A stretch of 10,736 bases of DNA from Oligoflexus sp. (lineage in GTDB: Bacteria; Bdellovibrionota_B; Oligoflexia; Oligoflexales; Oligoflexaceae). The position numbers were made by a program, and so were the translations under genes. Below are positions 6,700 to 10,736 of the stretch, in pieces. Each line of letters starts with the position of its first letter. The first letter of the stretch is position 1. Location of the stretch: the NCBI GenBank assembly GCA_041736305.1, contig JBGSTX010000114.1:1-10736 (forward strand), written 5' to 3'. The notes beneath the pieces are model-generated. The model saw only the letters and a list, made by a program, of their open reading frames with translations, did not search any database and was not told the DNA's origin.

Positions 6700-6782
6700 A
6701 GTAATTAAGTCGTGCATCTCCTCCCTAGATACAGGAAAGATGCTCAACTTACAATTCAGCGCCTATGGATTTAGATCTTTTG

Positions 6783-6817
6783 AAAGGGGAAAGTCCCAGA
6801 CCGTCTAGGTCTGAGAC
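6783..6817 (-). terminator. Probable intrinsic terminator of the acyl-CoA operon
   Basis: Minus strand: GTCTCAGACC-TAGAC-GGTCTGGGAC, a 10-bp stem with one G-U pair, 6 nt after the crotonase stop. It is followed by an interrupted U-tract TTTCCCCTTT. Confidence 0.6.
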
Positions 6818-6823
6818 CTGAGT

Positions 6824-7612
6824 CTAGCGGCCCACGAAATTACCTGGACGGCGTTCGAGAAAAGCCCGCAGCCCTTCTTGAACATCTTCAGTCTGGGATA
6901 GGTTGAGCAATTCGCGAAAGAGCGACTCGCACTCGGCTCGCTCACCCATCAGCATGGATCGGCGAGCTGAGGCTAGAGTGGACTGAACGCCAAGTGGCGC
7001 CTGGGCTGCGATCACCTGAGCAATTTGCAATGCTCGCTCAAACTGCTTTCCTGGCTCAACCAACTCCTGTACAAGGCCAAAACGAAGCGCTTCATCGGCG
7101 CTCATCTCATCTCCCGTAAGGAGATAGCGCATGGCGTTGCTCCAACCTATTTCGCGAGGCAAGCGGATTGTAGCTCCTCCAAAAGGAAAGATACCCCGTT
7201 TAACCTCCAGCTGTGCAAAGCGAGTGTTGCGCGCTGCGATGCGCACCTCAGAGGCCAGCATAACCTCGGCTCCGAAAGTATAGCAGTAGCCTTGCACCGC
7301 AAACACGATAGGTTTCCTGCACGTTCGTTCGGGTGCGAGCCCGAATGGATCGCAGGCGTTTCCTTCAAATTCGGGCATTTTACCGCTACCGATAATATCT
7401 TGCCACTTAGGTAGGTCGAGACCTGCACAGAAGTGTTCGCCGACAGCGTAAACAACTCCCGCCCGCAGCTCTGGATTTTGGTCCAACTCACCGTAAGCTC
7501 GTGCCATCTCAAAGAACATCTCGACGTCGACAGCGTTTCGCTTTTCAGGTCTGTTGAGACCTATAGCTAAAACATTTCCATATCGTTCAATCAAAATCTT
7601 AGACTGAGACAT
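6824..7612 (-). CDS. Crotonase / enoyl-CoA hydratase-isomerase family protein
   Basis: ATG at 7612 (or 7615) follows GGAGG. Motifs: IGLNRPEKRNA, FCAGLDL (oxyanion hole), KPIVFAVQGYC, both catalytic Glu positions (FGAE, QLEVKRG), YLLTGD, EALRFGLV and EGLRAFLERR. Confidence 0.93.
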   Translation of the reverse strand: MSQSKILIERYGNVLAIGLNRPEKRNAVDVEMFFEMARAYGELDQNPELRAGVVYAVGEHFCAGLDLPKWQDIIGSGKMPEFEGNACDPFGLAPERTCRKPIVFAVQGYCYTFGAEVMLASEVRIAARNTRFAQLEVKRGIFPFGGATIRLPREIGWSNAMRYLLTGDEMSADEALRFGLVQELVEPGKQFERALQIAQVIAAQAPLGVQSTLASARRSMLMGERAECESLFRELLNLSQTEDVQEGLRAFLERRPGNFVGR

Positions 7613-7641
7613 CATGCATCCTCCACGGTGGACGGATTCAA

Positions 7642-8778
7642 TCAAAAATCCGCTAGGCGCGCATAGCGCTCCCGATGGTATGTGGCATTGCCAAATAGTT
7701 CAGCCGTGATGCGACTCCTCTTCAGGTAAAAGCCAATGTCATGCTCGTCAGTCATGCCGATTCCTCCGTACAACTGAACCGCTTCTCTGGCTATGTGCGC
7801 GAAGACATCGCTAACCTTAGCCTTTGCGAGACTCGCATAAGCAGAACTTGCGCTTTCACCCGCATCGTAGGCTCCAGCTGCACGCTGGATCGCCGCGCGA
7901 CACAGTTCGAGTTCGCAGTACATTTGAGCGGCGCGATGCTGCAAGGCCTGGAAGCTCCCGATAGCGACCCCAAACTGCTTGCGCTCTTTGAGGTAGCTGA
8001 GCGTCATCTCGAAAGCTGCGCTAGCTGATCCGAACATCTCGGCGGCCAGCCCAATTGCAGCTGCATCGAGCATCTTCTCGTAGGAAGCCTGGGCCTTACC
8101 TTCGTAGCCGAGCAAAGCCTCAAACGGTGCTTTGACGTTTTCAAAGGCGATATGGCAGCCAAGGCGTCCATCGACCAAGCGAAAAGTTTTCAACTCGACG
8201 CCGGCCGCATCGCGGTCGATCATGAACCAGGAAAGTCCTTCATTATTCTGATCGGCACGAGTACGGGCAAGAACCAGCAATTTATCGGCCCCTGGGGCAT
8301 CGAGAACCATCGACTTAAGGCCGTTGATGACAAAGCCTTCTTCGGAACGCACTGCTTGTGTAGAGACCGGCAGGCGCAGGCTCTGACTACCCTCATCATG
8401 AGCAACCGCCATGAGTAAGCGACCCTCGACTAAAGCCGGCAGGAGACTGAGCTTCTGCTCAGCTGTGCCGGCTTCTAGGATGACGCTAGCGCTGAGTAGA
8501 GCATAGGGAAGCAAAGGGCTGGGCGCGAGCGTGCGGCCGCTGGCTTCTAGAACAGTGCTGAGACCTCGCAGGCCTAGGTTGAGACCTCCAAATTCCTCAG
8601 GAATGATGATAGAGGTCCACCCGAGTTCAGCCATATCGCGCCAAATCTCAGGCGAAAAGCCTTTGCTTTCGTTGCGATCGCGCATGATACGCAGGCTGTT
8701 GACCGGCAGCTTCTCTCTAAAGAATTCATCTGCTGATTGCTTGAGGAGCTTGTCCTCGTCACTCATTTCCCACTGCAT
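7642..8778 (-). CDS. Acyl-CoA dehydrogenase, PimD-like small/non-catalytic subunit
   Basis: AGGGG SD, 10 nt after the upstream stop. Motifs: WRDMAELGW, IPEEFGG, INGLK, YLKERKQFGVAIGSFQALQHRAA and VQLYGGIGMTDE. The FAD-binding SEPxAGSD motif is degenerate (AHDEGSQ) and the C-terminus is short. Confidence 0.92.
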   Translation of the reverse strand: MQWEMSDEDKLLKQSADEFFREKLPVNSLRIMRDRNESKGFSPEIWRDMAELGWTSIIIPEEFGGLNLGLRGLSTVLEASGRTLAPSPLLPYALLSASVILEAGTAEQKLSLLPALVEGRLLMAVAHDEGSQSLRLPVSTQAVRSEEGFVINGLKSMVLDAPGADKLLVLARTRADQNNEGLSWFMIDRDAAGVELKTFRLVDGRLGCHIAFENVKAPFEALLGYEGKAQASYEKMLDAAAIGLAAEMFGSASAAFEMTLSYLKERKQFGVAIGSFQALQHRAAQMYCELELCRAAIQRAAGAYDAGESASSAYASLAKAKVSDVFAHIAREAVQLYGGIGMTDEHDIGFYLKRSRITAELFGNATYHRERYARLADF

Positions 8779-8788
8779 AAATACCCCT

Positions 8789-9958
8789 TCAAGGCAGTCC
8801 GAGGACGCGCTTAGCGATGACGTTTAGTTGAATTTCGCTGGTTCCACCTTCGATCGAGTTCCCTTTCGAACGCAACCAATCGCGAGTTGCCTGCTGATCC
8901 TGCTCGTTCTCAAGCCCAGTCCAGCCCAGACTTTCGAAGCCTGCAGCTTCCATCATGGTCTCATAGCGCCTTTTGTTCAGCTCGGTGCCGTAGTATTTAA
9001 ACATCGACGATGCCGCGCCGGGCGAATGACCAGCTTTTTGCAAAGCAGCTTCTCTCTCCACGGCGAAGGAAAAGGCCTGAAGGTCCATGTGCAGGCTGGC
9101 GACTCGATCGCGAAAGACTGGCTGCGACCTCAGTCCACCGACACCTGCTAATTTTTTATTACAGTAGACTTCGACCGCTTCTTCTCTGGGATTAAGTCCC
9201 ATGCTGCTTATAGCTTGACGCTCATGAGTCAGAAGTGCTTTAGCAATTTCCCATCCACCGTTTAGGGGACCGACGAGATGATTACGAGGCGCCTTGACAT
9301 CTTTGAAGAAGACCTCACAAAATGGTGAAGCCCCACTGATCAGGCGAATCGGCTCAGCTTTGACGCCGGGCTGATTCATATCCACGAGGACGAAGCTAAT
9401 GCCTTTTTGTTTAGCCACTGTAGAATCGGTGCGTACGAGGCAGAAGATCCAGTCCGATTGCTCGGCATAAGAGGTCCAAACTTTCGAACCGTTGATTGTA
9501 AAGCCAGTCTCGCTTAAGTCGGCGCGCATCTGCAAACTTGCGAGATCAGACCCTGCTTCGGGTTCGCTGTAGCCTTGACACCAGCGAATTTCACCCCGAA
9601 CGATTTTAGGAATATGCTCGAGCTTTTGTTCTTCAGTCCCATATTTAAGAAGGACCGGTCCCAGCATCCATATACCAAAGCTCAAAAGTGGACTACGGCA
9701 ACCTAGTCGTTGCATTTCTTCGCGTAGAACTTGAGCTTCCTGCGGATTCAAGCCCCCACCACCATAGGCTTTGGGCCACTCAGGTGTGGTCCAGCCTTTG
9801 GCTGCCATTCTTTCGAGCCAGATTTTTGACTCAGGATTTTTAAAGGTCTCGGTCCGTCCACCCCAGACCGCATCTTCTTCGACGGCAGGAGTACGCATCG
9901 AGGCAGGGCAGTTTGCCTCAAGCCAGCTACGCACGTCTTCGCGAAAGCTCTCGTTCAT
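8789..9958 (-). CDS. Acyl-CoA dehydrogenase, PimC-like large/catalytic subunit
   Basis: Start at ATG 9958 (MNESFREDVRSWL) after AAGGGGG. Motifs: WPKAYGGGG, WCQGYSEPEAGSDLASL, INGSKVWTS, LTHER (Glu at the LCAD/IVD-type catalytic position) and SIEGGTSEIQLNVIAKRVLGLP. Confidence 0.93.
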   Translation of the reverse strand: MNESFREDVRSWLEANCPASMRTPAVEEDAVWGGRTETFKNPESKIWLERMAAKGWTTPEWPKAYGGGGLNPQEAQVLREEMQRLGCRSPLLSFGIWMLGPVLLKYGTEEQKLEHIPKIVRGEIRWCQGYSEPEAGSDLASLQMRADLSETGFTINGSKVWTSYAEQSDWIFCLVRTDSTVAKQKGISFVLVDMNQPGVKAEPIRLISGASPFCEVFFKDVKAPRNHLVGPLNGGWEIAKALLTHERQAISSMGLNPREEAVEVYCNKKLAGVGGLRSQPVFRDRVASLHMDLQAFSFAVEREAALQKAGHSPGAASSMFKYYGTELNKRRYETMMEAAGFESLGWTGLENEQDQQATRDWLRSKGNSIEGGTSEIQLNVIAKRVLGLP

Positions 9959-10177
9959 CTCGGCCCCCTTGTGCCTATGTGAAATTTTGAAGTCCCGGCC
10001 ATTTATCAGACATTTCGCGACACCACACAATGCAAAAAAGCAGCCCGGCATGACTGACGGCTTTCCACTCAAATAGGGATGCAATGCGGTCTCATGCAGC
10101 TCTTTAATGCGCTAAATGGGAGCTTCCCCTCGCGAAGGCATTGAGGTTAAAATGCTCGGAACTCTAGAGGATCTTCC

Positions 10178-10736
10178 ATGTCGACCCAAATAGAATTCCG
10201 CGAGATTCCTATTTTCCGCTACTTTGAAACCGAGGCTCGTCAAAAGCTGATCAGCACCTTTACGCGCCTCATCCATCAGAAGGGCAAGGAACTTCTCACT
10301 TTCGGAATGCCAGTTCCCGGCATCTATATCCTCGTCGATGGCGAAGTCGCAGTCAGCGTACCGAAAATTGATCATTACCTAGCCGTCCTACATCGAGGTC
10401 AGTCCTTCGGCGAAATGTCTCTCATAGAAGTTGGCGCCACAGCCTCGGCAACGATCACTGTCATCTCAGCTGAGGCCAAGATTGTCTTTTGCTCCAGCAC
10501 GGACTTTCAAAGACTGCTGAGCCAAGTAGAAGGTTGTGCTCAGGCTTTCTACAAAGGTGCGGCCCACCTTCTCTCGGCCCGTCTCCGCAGTATAGACAAT
10601 CACATCAATGAGGAGATAGCGGCGGGCCACAAGCTCATAGCTGTACCAGTTGGTGATAAAGCTGTTCCTTTTAATAGTGCCATTACCCAAGCAGACGTAG
10701 ATATATTTTGCACAACCATTGTTCCTGAGTCAACTA
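10178..10736 (+). CDS. Cyclic-nucleotide-binding (cNMP/CAP_ED) domain protein, 3' partial
   Basis: Absent from the ORF track, probably because it has no stop in the window. ATG at 10178 with GAGG 7 nt upstream. Manual translation: MSTQIEFREIPIFRYFETEARQKLISTFTRLIHQKGKELLTFGMPVPGIYILVDGEVAVSVPKIDHYLAVLHRGQSFGEMSLIEVGATASATITVISAEAKIVFCSSTDFQRLLSQVEGCAQAFYKGAAHLLSARLRSID... It carries the typical IPIF, YILxxGxVxV, GxxFGEMSL and L(S)xRLR features. Confidence 0.88.
   Translation, partial: MSTQIEFREIPIFRYFETEARQKLISTFTRLIHQKGKELLTFGMPVPGIYILVDGEVAVSVPKIDHYLAVLHRGQSFGEMSLIEVGATASATITVISAEAKIVFCSSTDFQRLLSQVEGCAQAFYKGAAHLLSARLRSIDNHINEEIAAGHKLIAVPVGDKAVPFNSAITQADVDIFCTTIVPEST

Noticed and set aside
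7616..7645. Extended crotonase start at 7645, overlapping the upstream stop
   Set aside because: A GGAGG SD sits immediately before ATG 7612/7615, and family similarity starts there.
7025..10076. Numerous short ORFs overlapping the crotonase and ACAD genes
   Set aside because: They are antisense or alternative-frame shadows of strongly conserved genes.
9959..10084. 42-codon N-terminal extension of the large ACAD
   Set aside because: It has no ACAD-like character, and an SD precedes ATG 9958. The region is better read as the divergent intergenic/promoter region.
10112..10690. Minus-strand ORFs 10112-10375 and 10466-10690
   Set aside because: They are antisense to the cNMP-domain gene found on the + strand from 10178.

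Overview
Gene-dense bacterial chromosomal window of moderate GC. I found no mobile element, tRNA/rRNA or CRISPR array. Left to right: (1) a 5'-truncated lactonase-family (Pgl/YbhE-like) beta-propeller gene (+). (2) Converging on it with a 20-nt overlap, a predicted lipoprotein with four PKD/Ig-like repeats and a seven-blade Cys-containing RCC1/BLIP-II-like propeller (-). (3) A divergent stand-alone long-chain chromate transporter ChrA (+). (4) A 73-codon orphan ORF whose ribosome-binding site lies inside an AU/GU-rich hairpin (+). (5) A secreted GH5 beta-mannanase-like enzyme with a Cys-rich tail and its own terminator (-). (6) A three-gene acyl-CoA degradation operon: paired PimC/PimD-type acyl-CoA dehydrogenases plus a crotonase (-). 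(7) A 3'-truncated cNMP-binding-domain gene (+) that is missing from the supplied ORF track. The gene content suggests Bdellovibrionota/Oligoflexia or a myxobacterium, which is inference only. I see no clear new multi-gene system. The best leads are the PKD4-RCC1 lipoprotein with a perfect sigma28 -10 box, the thermometer-like hairpin over the small ORF's RBS, the mannanase C-terminal module, the non-canonical cNMP pocket, and an abrupt composition change in the last ~97 nt.
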